From Alkalispirochaeta sp. (GTDB lineage: Bacteria; Spirochaetota; Spirochaetia; DSM-27196; Alkalispirochaetaceae): a stretch of 64,000 nucleotides of DNA. The translations under genes and the position numbers were made by a program. Shown here in pieces: positions 9,872 to 17,915 of this stretch (the first letter of the stretch is position 1; each line of letters begins with the position of its first letter). The stretch is taken from NCBI GenBank assembly GCA_965601925.1, contig OZ271854.1:448001-512000 (forward strand), given 5' to 3'. A model generated the notes under the pieces. The model did not search any database and had not been told where the DNA came from. It saw nothing but the letters and a program-made list of their open reading frames with translations.

Positions 9872-10094
9872 ATATAAAAAATCAATATCAACGCATTCGC
9901 TTTCAAATAATCGAGAGTACGGAAAGTCGCGCGATTGAATATGAGGAACAAACGTACAACCTGCCGAACAGGGCGCGAGGGAGTCAAAGTACCCGGTCAG
10001 CTTGGTCATTGTTCGCTGGATTACTTCACATCGCAAATTGGATTCGCAGCGCTTTTGGTGGATAAAGAAATCAGGACTGTGCATCGATCTTTTT

Positions 10095-10146
10095 GTCGGG
10101 CTTTTTACCCGCGGATTGAAACGTACTACTCGTTTCATGTGTGTTC
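10095..10146 (+). ncRNA. crRNA-like regulatory guide RNA (degenerate repeat plus about 24-nt spacer; CreA/CreR-like)
   Basis: GT-CGGG-cttttta-CCCG-CGGATTGAAAC mimics the repeat layout (GT, stem-loop, 11-nt handle TGGATTGAAAC); spacer GTACTACTCGTTTCATG matches 9868-9852 at 15/17. Confidence 0.8.
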
Positions 10147-10185
10147 GTGAGGAACCGGCCCTCGGGTCGGTTCCTCACCTTTCTT
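10147..10185 (+). terminator. Strong hairpin closing the guide RNA, terminator-like
   Basis: GTGAGGAACCGGCC-ctcg-GGTCGGTTCCTCAC (14 bp with one G:U) then CTTTCTT. Confidence 0.75.
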
Positions 10186-10276
10186 CAATTATCACCAGCA
10201 ATACCGATAAAAATTATTTTAGAATATACAAAAGTATGTGATAATATGACCACAACTAAATATTGTGGGGAGCGGT

Positions 10277-10927
10277 GTGTCCTTCGGAATAACACTCAAA
10301 GCCTGGGGTCCGTTCGCACTCTTTACGCGCCCGGAGATGAAGGCCGAACGTGTCAGCTACGACGTCATGACGCCCTCCGCGGCCCGGGGCATTCTCGATG
10401 CAATCTACTGGAAGCCGGGGATGCGGTGGGTCGTCGATCGGATTGAGGTGCGCAAGCCGATCCGCTTCACTTCCATTCGACGCAACGAGATTGCGGGAAA
10501 GATCCCGGTTGGAAAGGTGAAAAGCGCGATGAGAGGCGGCGAGATGCCCTTTACCGTGGTCGAGGATCACCGCCAACAACGTTCATCGTTGGTGCTCCGG
10601 GATGTCGAGTATCTCATCGATGCGCACTTCGAGCTGACCGGCTACGGCGATAACAATGAGGCGAAACATATCGATACGTTTCGTCGTCGAGCGCGGTCCG
10701 GGCGCTGTCACCACCAACCGTGCATGGGTACACGGGAGTTTCCGGCCTACTTTGAACTGATCGAGGATAATCGTCCCCCCAAACATTACCGCGAAAGCCG
10801 CGATCTCGGATGGATGTTGTACGACATGAACTTTGCCGCTGATCCCGAAAGTCCGTCGCCGAGCTTCTTCCGCGCCGAGATGGTGGAAGGGGTAATCGAC
10901 CTGCACGGGGCGGACATACGGGGATAG
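10277..10927 (+). CDS. cas5c: Type I-C Cas5c (Cas5d) crRNA-processing subunit
   Basis: WGPFALFTRPEMKAERVSYDVMTPSAARGIL.AIYWKP, RRNE, QPCMGTREF; GTG after GGGGAG. Confidence 0.97.
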   Translation: MSFGITLKAWGPFALFTRPEMKAERVSYDVMTPSAARGILDAIYWKPGMRWVVDRIEVRKPIRFTSIRRNEIAGKIPVGKVKSAMRGGEMPFTVVEDHRQQRSSLVLRDVEYLIDAHFELTGYGDNNEAKHIDTFRRRARSGRCHHQPCMGTREFPAYFELIEDNRPPKHYRESRDLGWMLYDMNFAADPESPSPSFFRAEMVEGVIDLHGADIRG

Positions 10928-10929
10928 CG

Positions 10930-12702
10930 ATGATTCTGCAAGAGCTTGTGCGCCATTACGACCGACTCACCGCCGAAGGTTCCAACGAGTTACCGCCCGA
11001 AGGATTTTCTCGTGAGAAAATTCACTTCGTCCTTCGCATCGACCGAGATGGAAATGCACTGAACGCTATCCCGCTGACCGGCGAGGATGCAAAGGGAAAA
11101 ACGCAGGCGTTTCAAGAGCGTATCGTCCCGAAATACAAGGATAGGGCAAACGACGTGTTTCCTTTTTTTTTGTGGGACAAGACGGCGTATGTAGTTGGGG
11201 TCGATCCGACCGCACGGTCCCAACGCCTCACCGAACAGTTCGTTGCCTTCAAGGGGTTACACCACGCGATTGGGGATCACATTGATGAGCCGGAGATGAG
11301 AGCGGTCCTTGGGTTCCTTGACGGTTGGTCTCCGGAGATGGTGGATGAGGTGCCGGGACTGAGAGAGCTCATCGGCGGTAATCTTGTGTTTGAGGTCGCG
11401 GGTTTTAACCGTCCGGTCTTCGAGAACCCGGTACTGCGTAACGCGTGGCTACGACACATGCACGCACAGCTTGGTGGCACAAGCTCCGTGTGTCTGGCAA
11501 CGGGAGAGACGACAAAGATAGCTCGCACTCATCCCAAAATACGTGGCGTATTCGGGAGTCAGACGAGTGGTGCGGCAATCGTCTCTTTTAACGACGACGC
11601 CTATACCTCATACGGCAAAACCCAGAGCTACAATGCACCCGTAGGTGCCGCGGCGGCGGAGAAGTATACCAAAATGCTCAACTATCTGTTGCGGCGCGGC
11701 AGCCGCAACGTCGTACGCATCGGCGATACGAGCGTCGTGTTCTGGTGTGAGACACAGACGCCCCTTGAGGGCGGAATCGGCATGCTCATGGGACGTCGGG
11801 ACGATGATACGATAGGTGACGATACGATCCGCGCCTTTCTCATGCGCCTCAAAAAAGGCCTGCCATACGATTTTGAACCCGATCGCCGCTTTTTCATCCT
11901 GGGGTTAGCGGCGCCCAGCAAGTCACGCCTCTCGGTGCGCTATTGGTATCAGGGCACAACAGGTGAACTTGCCGACCGCCTGCGGCTCCACCTCCAAGAT
12001 ACGGATATCATCTCGATGTGGGACGACGACCCTGTCCCGCCCAGTGTGTGGCACATGCTCATTTCGGCCGTCTTGGGTGGCGACGCGGGCAACATCGACC
12101 AGCGCATGCAGGAGACGCTCATGCGCGCAATTCTCTTCGGCACGCCGTATCCGCGGCGACTCTACAGCGCAATACTCGATCGCATCCGTGTAGGAGATCG
12201 GCGCATACGCGCCTTCGAAACGGTTCGCGCCGGCATCATCCGCGGCTACCTAAAACGCCGAAGACGCAGTCTACAAACTCAGGAATCGGCCAAGGAGGTT
12301 CCCATAATGCTACAACGGGATACAGAGAGCGCTCCGTATCAACTCGGTAGGCTCTTTGCGGTGTACGAAAAGATTCAAAAGGCTTCGTTTGGTACCAGAA
12401 CGCTCAACAGAACGATTAGAGATCGGTTCTATGCGTCCGCGTCGACGACTCCGCGACGGAGCTTTGCGACGATTACGAAACTCTCGATCGCCCATCAAAA
12501 AAAGCTGCCCGAGAATGCACGAACGTACTACGACAAGCTCCTGCAAGAGATCGCGGACCGTCTTCATCCCGACCGATATCCGAGCCGGCTCTCTCAGGAG
12601 GACCAGGGCCTCTTTGCCCTCGGCTACTACCACCAGCGCAAAGAACTCTTTACCCCAAAAGGCGACGCCACGGACGCGGAACAGACAAACACGGAGGAAT
12701 AG
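10930..12702 (+). CDS. cas8c: Type I-C large subunit Cas8c (Csd1)
   Basis: MILQEL..HY, FLWDKTAYV.G, CLATG..IARTHP.I.GV, IVSFN..AY.SYGK.Q, RLSVRYW, GRLFA..EKIQ, FALGYYHQ. Confidence 0.96.
   Translation: MILQELVRHYDRLTAEGSNELPPEGFSREKIHFVLRIDRDGNALNAIPLTGEDAKGKTQAFQERIVPKYKDRANDVFPFFLWDKTAYVVGVDPTARSQRLTEQFVAFKGLHHAIGDHIDEPEMRAVLGFLDGWSPEMVDEVPGLRELIGGNLVFEVAGFNRPVFENPVLRNAWLRHMHAQLGGTSSVCLATGETTKIARTHPKIRGVFGSQTSGAAIVSFNDDAYTSYGKTQSYNAPVGAAAAEKYTKMLNYLLRRGSRNVVRIGDTSVVFWCETQTPLEGGIGMLMGRRDDDTIGDDTIRAFLMRLKKGLPYDFEPDRRFFILGLAAPSKSRLSVRYWYQGTTGELADRLRLHLQDTDIISMWDDDPVPPSVWHMLISAVLGGDAGNIDQRMQETLMRAILFGTPYPRRLYSAILDRIRVGDRRIRAFETVRAGIIRGYLKRRRRSLQTQESAKEVPIMLQRDTESAPYQLGRLFAVYEKIQKASFGTRTLNRTIRDRFYASASTTPRRSFATITKLSIAHQKKLPENARTYYDKLLQEIADRLHPDRYPSRLSQEDQGLFALGYYHQRKELFTPKGDATDAEQTNTEE
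12307..12702 (+). CDS. cas11: Cas11c small subunit translated from an internal in-frame start in cas8c
   Basis: AAGGAGGT at 12292-12299 precedes in-frame ATG 12307 (MLQRDTESAPYQLGRLFA...), 131 aa; internal Cas11 translation is known in type I-C. Confidence 0.8.
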   Translation: MLQRDTESAPYQLGRLFAVYEKIQKASFGTRTLNRTIRDRFYASASTTPRRSFATITKLSIAHQKKLPENARTYYDKLLQEIADRLHPDRYPSRLSQEDQGLFALGYYHQRKELFTPKGDATDAEQTNTEE

Positions 12703-12703
12703 C

Positions 12704-13603
12704 ATGGGCGACACGATCACGAAACGGTATGAGTTTCTTCTGCTTTTTGACGTAGAAAGTGGCAATCCAAACGGTGACCCGGACGCCGACAACCATCCCC
12801 GCATGGATTTTGACATGAACATCGGCTGGGTATCGGACGTGGCGCTGAAACGCAAGATCAGAAACTACGTGCTACTGAAACATCGAAACGCGGATCCGCA
12901 TAGGATCTACGTCACTGAGCGGGGGATACTCAACCGGACCATTGACGACGCCCACCGAGAGACCGGTTCGTCGGTCGCGGGGGTGAAGGAAAAAAACAAA
13001 GACAAGCGCGGCTCCGACGAGGAGGCCGACAAGGCGAAGCAGTGGATGTGCGACCATTTCTTCGACGTACGGACCTTTGGCGCGGTCATGAGCACGGGGC
13101 ACAACGCGGGGCAGGTTCGCGGTCCGGTACAAATCGCATTTGCAAAAAGCGTTGAGCCGATCGAGGCGGTCGAACAGACGATTACGCGCATGGCCGTCAC
13201 CTCGGAAGAGGATGCCGAAAAACAGAAGGACAACCGCACGATGGGACGCAAGTGGATCGTACCTTACGGCCTATACCGCGCCGAGGGGTTTGTTTCGGCC
13301 TTCTTTGCCGAGGATACCGGGTTTTCCGGGGAAGACCTGGCCCTTCTGTGGGAAGCTCTCACCAATATGTTTGAACACGACCGCTCGGCGGCGCGCGGAA
13401 GGATGAGCACACGCAAGCTGTTCGTCTTTGAGCACGACAGCGCGCTGGGTAACGCGCCTGCCCACACGCTTTTTGACCTCGTGGCGATCAAGAGGGTCGG
13501 AGACGGGGACATTGAGCGACCCGCGCGATCCTTTTCAGATTACGCGATCACCATCAATCGGAAGGGCGTGCCCGCAGGGGTCAATCTTCACGAAATGGTG
13601 TGA
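12704..13603 (+). CDS. cas7c: Type I-C Cas7c (Csd2)
   Basis: GGAGG RBS; GNPNGDPDADN.PR, SDVALKRKIRNY, FDVRTFGAVM, GQVRGPVQ, TMGRK, FEHDRSAARG. Confidence 0.98.
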   Translation: MGDTITKRYEFLLLFDVESGNPNGDPDADNHPRMDFDMNIGWVSDVALKRKIRNYVLLKHRNADPHRIYVTERGILNRTIDDAHRETGSSVAGVKEKNKDKRGSDEEADKAKQWMCDHFFDVRTFGAVMSTGHNAGQVRGPVQIAFAKSVEPIEAVEQTITRMAVTSEEDAEKQKDNRTMGRKWIVPYGLYRAEGFVSAFFAEDTGFSGEDLALLWEALTNMFEHDRSAARGRMSTRKLFVFEHDSALGNAPAHTLFDLVAIKRVGDGDIERPARSFSDYAITINRKGVPAGVNLHEMV

Positions 13604-13609
13604 CACGCT

Positions 13610-14254
13610 ATGGCGTTTGCCGAAAACGAACTGGTCCCCATAAGCGCGCTCCAGCACGTATTGTACTGCGAGCGGCAGTGCGGACTGATTCATATCGAGC
13701 GTGTGTGGGCGGAGAATCGATTTACCGCCGAGGGCGACGTGCTCCACCGTAACGTCCACCGGGAGGAGACGCGCCGCCGAGGCGGACTAAGTTCGGAGTA
13801 TAGCGTTCCCCTTCGGTCGTTGGAGGTAGGAGTCGTCGGGATCGCCGACGTGATCGAGTACCCATCTGACGGCCCGCCGCGCCCCGTCGAGTTCAAGCGC
13901 GGTCGACCCAAGCAGACGCTCATCGACGTGGTACAATTGTGCGCCCAAGCGCTCTCGTTAGAGGAGATGACGGGACAAGCGGTGCCGTTCGGCTACCTGT
14001 TCTACGGAAAGACGCGGCGTCGAGAACGGGTAGACTTTGGGCCGACCATTCGCAGCGCGACGCACGACGCTGCTCGCCGGGTGCACGAGCTATTCCGGTC
14101 ACGGGTGACCCCGGTGATGGAGTACGAACCGGCGCGGTGCGACGCCTGTTCGCTCTTTGACATATGTGGCCCCAAGGTCGCCGGCCGAAGGCAAAGCGCC
14201 TCGGCGTTTCTCTCCCGACAGATCAAGAGTGTCCTTCGGGAGAGCGCGCCGTGA
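13610..14254 (+). CDS. cas4: Cas4 exonuclease
   Basis: ISALQH..YCERQC.LIH.E, PVEFKRG, QLCAQAL.LEEM, C..CSL..IC Fe-S cysteines. Confidence 0.97.
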   Translation: MAFAENELVPISALQHVLYCERQCGLIHIERVWAENRFTAEGDVLHRNVHREETRRRGGLSSEYSVPLRSLEVGVVGIADVIEYPSDGPPRPVEFKRGRPKQTLIDVVQLCAQALSLEEMTGQAVPFGYLFYGKTRRRERVDFGPTIRSATHDAARRVHELFRSRVTPVMEYEPARCDACSLFDICGPKVAGRRQSASAFLSRQIKSVLRESAP

Positions 14255-15282
14255 AACGTCATCTCAATACACTCTTCGTTACCCGTCAGTCGAGCTATCT
14301 CCGCAAAGAGGGCGAATCGATCGTGGTCAACCACGACGGCTCGGAGCTTTTTCGCGTGCCGATTCACAACCTCGGCGGCGTAGTGTGTTTCGGGAATGTC
14401 TTGTGTAGTCCTTTCCTGCTTGGGCATTGCGCGGAGAACAAGGTGAGTGTGAGCTTCCTCACCGAACATGGAAGATTCTTGGCACGAGTAACCGGGGAGA
14501 CCGACGGGAATGTCTTGGTTCGACGAGAGCAATATCGACGAGCCGACGACCCCGAACACTGCGCCTCGATCGCCCGCGGTATCGTCATCGGAAAAGTCAT
14601 GAATGCGCGCGCGGTGTTGCTCCGGACGCAGCGCGATCACGGGGGGAAAATCGACACTGAGCGCGTGGCAGACGCGATTCGCCGCCTCGACGCATCGTTG
14701 CGGCGTCTTGAAAAAGAGAACCTTCTCGACTCGATCCGCGGTATCGAGGGTGAGGCTGCGGCGAGCTACTTCGGCGTGTTCGACGAGCTTATCGTACACC
14801 AAAAAAAGGCGTTTCGTTTTACGAGCCGGTCACGGCGCCCACCGTTGGATCCGATCAATGCGTTGCTTTCCTTCGTCTACACACTGATACTGCACGATGT
14901 GCGTTCGGCGCTCGAAACGGTAGGTCTTGATCCGGAGGTCGGCTTTCTGCATCGCGACCGTCCGGGACGACCGGGCCTCGCTTTGGACCTGATGGAGGAG
15001 CTGCGCCCGTGGCTCGCCGATCGGCTCGTCCTCTCGTTGATCAATCGCAAACAGGTCGGCGCTTCGGGATTCGATATAACGGGAACTGGAGCCGTGCTCA
15101 TGGACGACGATACGCGCAAAGTTGTTCTTCTTGCATATCAGAAGCGTAAACAAGAGGAGCTACAACACGGATTCACCCAGGAGAAAGTCTCGATAGGACT
15201 CATACCGGTGGTGCAGGCGCTGCTATTCGGAAAGTACATTCGGGACGAGCTCGACGCGTATCCGCCGTTTTTGTGGAAGTAG
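14251..15282 (+). CDS. cas1: Cas1 (type I-C)
   Basis: LNTLFVT, RGIEGEAA..YF, RSRRPPLDPINALLSF.Y, GFLHRDRPGR..LALDLMEE.R, YPPFLWK; GTG overlaps the cas4 stop. Confidence 0.98.
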   Translation: MKRHLNTLFVTRQSSYLRKEGESIVVNHDGSELFRVPIHNLGGVVCFGNVLCSPFLLGHCAENKVSVSFLTEHGRFLARVTGETDGNVLVRREQYRRADDPEHCASIARGIVIGKVMNARAVLLRTQRDHGGKIDTERVADAIRRLDASLRRLEKENLLDSIRGIEGEAAASYFGVFDELIVHQKKAFRFTSRSRRPPLDPINALLSFVYTLILHDVRSALETVGLDPEVGFLHRDRPGRPGLALDLMEELRPWLADRLVLSLINRKQVGASGFDITGTGAVLMDDDTRKVVLLAYQKRKQEELQHGFTQEKVSIGLIPVVQALLFGKYIRDELDAYPPFLWK

Positions 15283-15308
15283 GGATGAAAGGATAGGGGG
15301 GGTGACGC

Positions 15309-15599
15309 ATGTTGGTGGTCGTGAGTTATGACGTGAAGACCGACGAGGCGGACGGCAAGAGACGCTTACGCCACGTTGCGAAGCACTGCCTCAATTTCGG
15401 CCAACGCGTTCAGTACTCGGTATTCGAATGTCTCGTTGATCCGGCGCAATGGACCAAACTCAGACAGAAGCTCGTTGAGACGATCGATGAGCGCTACGAT
15501 AGCTTGCGATTCTATTTCCTGGGAGCCAATTGGAAGCGGCGCGTCGAGCATATCGGGGCTAAAGAGCCGTACGATCCGGAGGGTGCGCTCATCGTATAG
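15309..15599 (+). CDS. cas2: Cas2
   Basis: MLVVVSYDV, GQRVQYSVFEC, DSLRFY.LG. Confidence 0.98.
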   Translation: MLVVVSYDVKTDEADGKRRLRHVAKHCLNFGQRVQYSVFECLVDPAQWTKLRQKLVETIDERYDSLRFYFLGANWKRRVEHIGAKEPYDPEGALIV

Positions 15600-15776
15600 C
15601 GCGAACCCTAAGCTCACGCGAAAATACCGGAATGTTCGCGATGAATATAATTCATTACGATATAGATATTTATTGTTTTCCATGTCTTTCGAAAGAGACA
15701 ACACCGCTACAAAACCCCTGCCTTCGCGCAGTAAACTTATTAACTATAGATGTCGTATCGACTTAAGAGTTGAGCA
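15599..15776 (+). promoter_or_regulatory. CRISPR leader of array 2
   Basis: AT-rich; same 46-bp motif at the same 178-bp distance from the first repeat as in leader 1. Confidence 0.85.
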
Positions 15777-17001
15777 GTCGCTCCCCATGCGGGAGCGTGG
15801 ATTGAAACGGTATCTCAGAGACATCGATATCGAGGTGAACGCGTCGCTCCCCATGCGGGAGCGTGGATTGAAACCGTTCCGCGTCCTGGTGTTGATATGG
15901 GCGGCGATGTCGCTCCCCATGCGGGAGCGTGGATTGAAACGACTTTTGGATAGCGGTGCTCGAAGACTCTACCACGTCGCTCCCCATGCGGGAGCGTGGA
16001 TTGAAACCGAACCACATCCTCGGTAAAACCGTACTCTCTTACGTCGCTCCCCATGCGGGAGCGTGGATTGAAACCCTAGATTGAGGGATTCCTCCCAACC
16101 CTGGGTCGTGTCGCTCCCCATGCGGGAGCGTGGATTGAAACTTTGGGAGATTGACTGACAGTGTATCCATTATCGGTCGCTCCCCATGCGGGAGCGTGGA
16201 TTGAAACATACGCATCATCGATACGTAGAAGTGCCGCCAGGGTCGCTCCCCATGCGGGAGCGTGGATTGAAACTTTGACCCCGAGCGGACCCGCGAGAGG
16301 ATGGAATCGTCGCTCCCCATGCGGGAGCGTGGATTGAAACATGGACAGTCTCGACGCTGATCTCCATGGGGTGTGTCGCTCCCCATGCGGGAGCGTGGAT
16401 TGAAACAATGCGGAACAGCACACGGGTGCGCCGCCTCGCGCGTCGCTCCCCATGCGGGAGCGTGGATTGAAACTCCCATAACACATCCGGGAAGAGCAGA
16501 TAGAGCAAGTCGCTCCCCATGCGGGAGCGTGGATTGAAACATCGTGATTGCGTATCTTGCGGGACTCCATCATAGTCGCTCCCCATGCGGGAGCGTGGAT
16601 TGAAACGGGAACGTGTCGACGAATTGAATGAACGTCTCCGGTCGCTCCCCATGCGGGAGCGTGGATTGAAACTCTTGGTATTGGTCGTGGTTTTTGCGAG
16701 AGAAAGTCGCTCCCCATGCGGGAGCGTGGATTGAAACACCGGTCCGAACCGTATCGTCTATGAAGTCACAGTCGCTCCCCATGCGGGAGCGTGGATTGAA
16801 ACGACGCGGAGCGCGCGGCGGACCGCAAGGAGTCCGGTCGCTCCCCACGCGGGAGCGTGGATTGAAACGCGAGATCCAACATCCGTATCCCGTTGTAAAT
16901 CGCGTCGCTCCCCACGCGGGAGCGTGGATTGAAACATGAGATCCGTAGTGGTCGGACCGTTGTCGATGAGTCGCTCCTCATACGGAAGCGCGAAAAAAGG
17001 G
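15777..17001 (+). CRISPR. Type I-C CRISPR array 2: 18 repeats plus a degenerate terminal repeat, 18 spacers
   Basis: 32-bp repeat GTCGCTCCCCATGCGGGAGCGTGGATTGAAAC from 15777 to 16935; degenerate GTCGCTCCTCATACGGAAGCGCG at 16970. Confidence 0.99.
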
Positions 17002-17084
17002 CTCGGTCGTCGCCGGATAGGTACCATGAGCCCGTGCCTCCAACCGCTTGCCGCACCGCCCGTCGGATTCGTACACTCACGCCC

Positions 17085-17903
17085 ATGTATCGTCTTCTTG
17101 CTACCGACATCGACGACACGATTCTCGCTCGCGACGGCACCTTTCCCGACGCCAATCGGCGCGCCCTTACGGCGTTGCACGACCGCGGGGTTGTGGTGGT
17201 ATTCAGCTCCGGACGCGCCACGGTGAGTATGCGCACCGTCATTCGCGACCTCATCGGGCTGGAAAAAGACGAGTACCTCATATCGTTCAACGGTGCACGC
17301 GTCGTATCGGCACTCTCCGACGAGGTCTTGTACGAACACTATATTCCCCGGGATGTAATAGCCGAGATCGAGGCGTACACCGTCGAACACGGACTCTTGC
17401 TTCAAGGCTATACCGACGAGGCGTTTGTCGCGGCGCCCGGCGATGCACGGAGGCGGTCCCTCGCCGAACGCTACGCGGTCAGCGCCTCGATGGCGTGGGA
17501 GGCGGTGGCGAGCGTCACGGATACGCTTCCCCGGGGAAGCGCGAAACTTCTTATTATCGATGAGCACGACGTGTTGGTTCGCCATCGCGAGGCGCTGAGC
17601 GCACTTTCCGGCGGCCGGTTTGAGACGGTATTCTCCAAACCACACTATCTGGAGATCGTCGCCTCGGGAGTAAATAAAGGCGACGCGCTAAGCACACTTG
17701 CGCGCCACCTGACGATTCCTATTGAACAGACGATCGCGATCGGTGATGGGTTAAACGACTGTGAGATGGTAAGCGTCGCCGGTACCGGCGTCGCGGTGGC
17801 CAATGCCCACGATGAACTGAAGGACGCATCCGACGTAGTATTGACGCGAAACGCCGATGAGGCCGCGCTTGAGGAGCTTGTCGCGCGCTTCTTTTCGCAC
17901 TAG
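17085..17903 (+). CDS. Cof-type HAD-IIB hydrolase
   Basis: LLATDIDDTIL, SSGR, FNGA, GVNKG, AIGDGLNDCEM, VANA. Confidence 0.93.
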   Translation: MYRLLATDIDDTILARDGTFPDANRRALTALHDRGVVVVFSSGRATVSMRTVIRDLIGLEKDEYLISFNGARVVSALSDEVLYEHYIPRDVIAEIEAYTVEHGLLLQGYTDEAFVAAPGDARRRSLAERYAVSASMAWEAVASVTDTLPRGSAKLLIIDEHDVLVRHREALSALSGGRFETVFSKPHYLEIVASGVNKGDALSTLARHLTIPIEQTIAIGDGLNDCEMVSVAGTGVAVANAHDELKDASDVVLTRNADEAALEELVARFFSH

Positions 17904-17915
17904 AGCAGACCGAAC

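Noticed and set aside
9926..9941. GTCGCGCGATTGAATA as a second pseudo-repeat
   Set aside because: Resembles the repeat ends but has no stem-loop and a poor handle, and I found no PAM-flanked target for the following sequence.
5698..16109. 13-nt TTCCTCCCAACCC shared by array 1 spacer 3 and array 2 spacer 5
   Set aside because: Flanks are unrelated; not distinguishable from coincidence by eye.
5534..17001. Self-targeting by array spacers within the window
   Set aside because: None noticed by eye, but an exhaustive alignment was not possible; unresolved rather than excluded.
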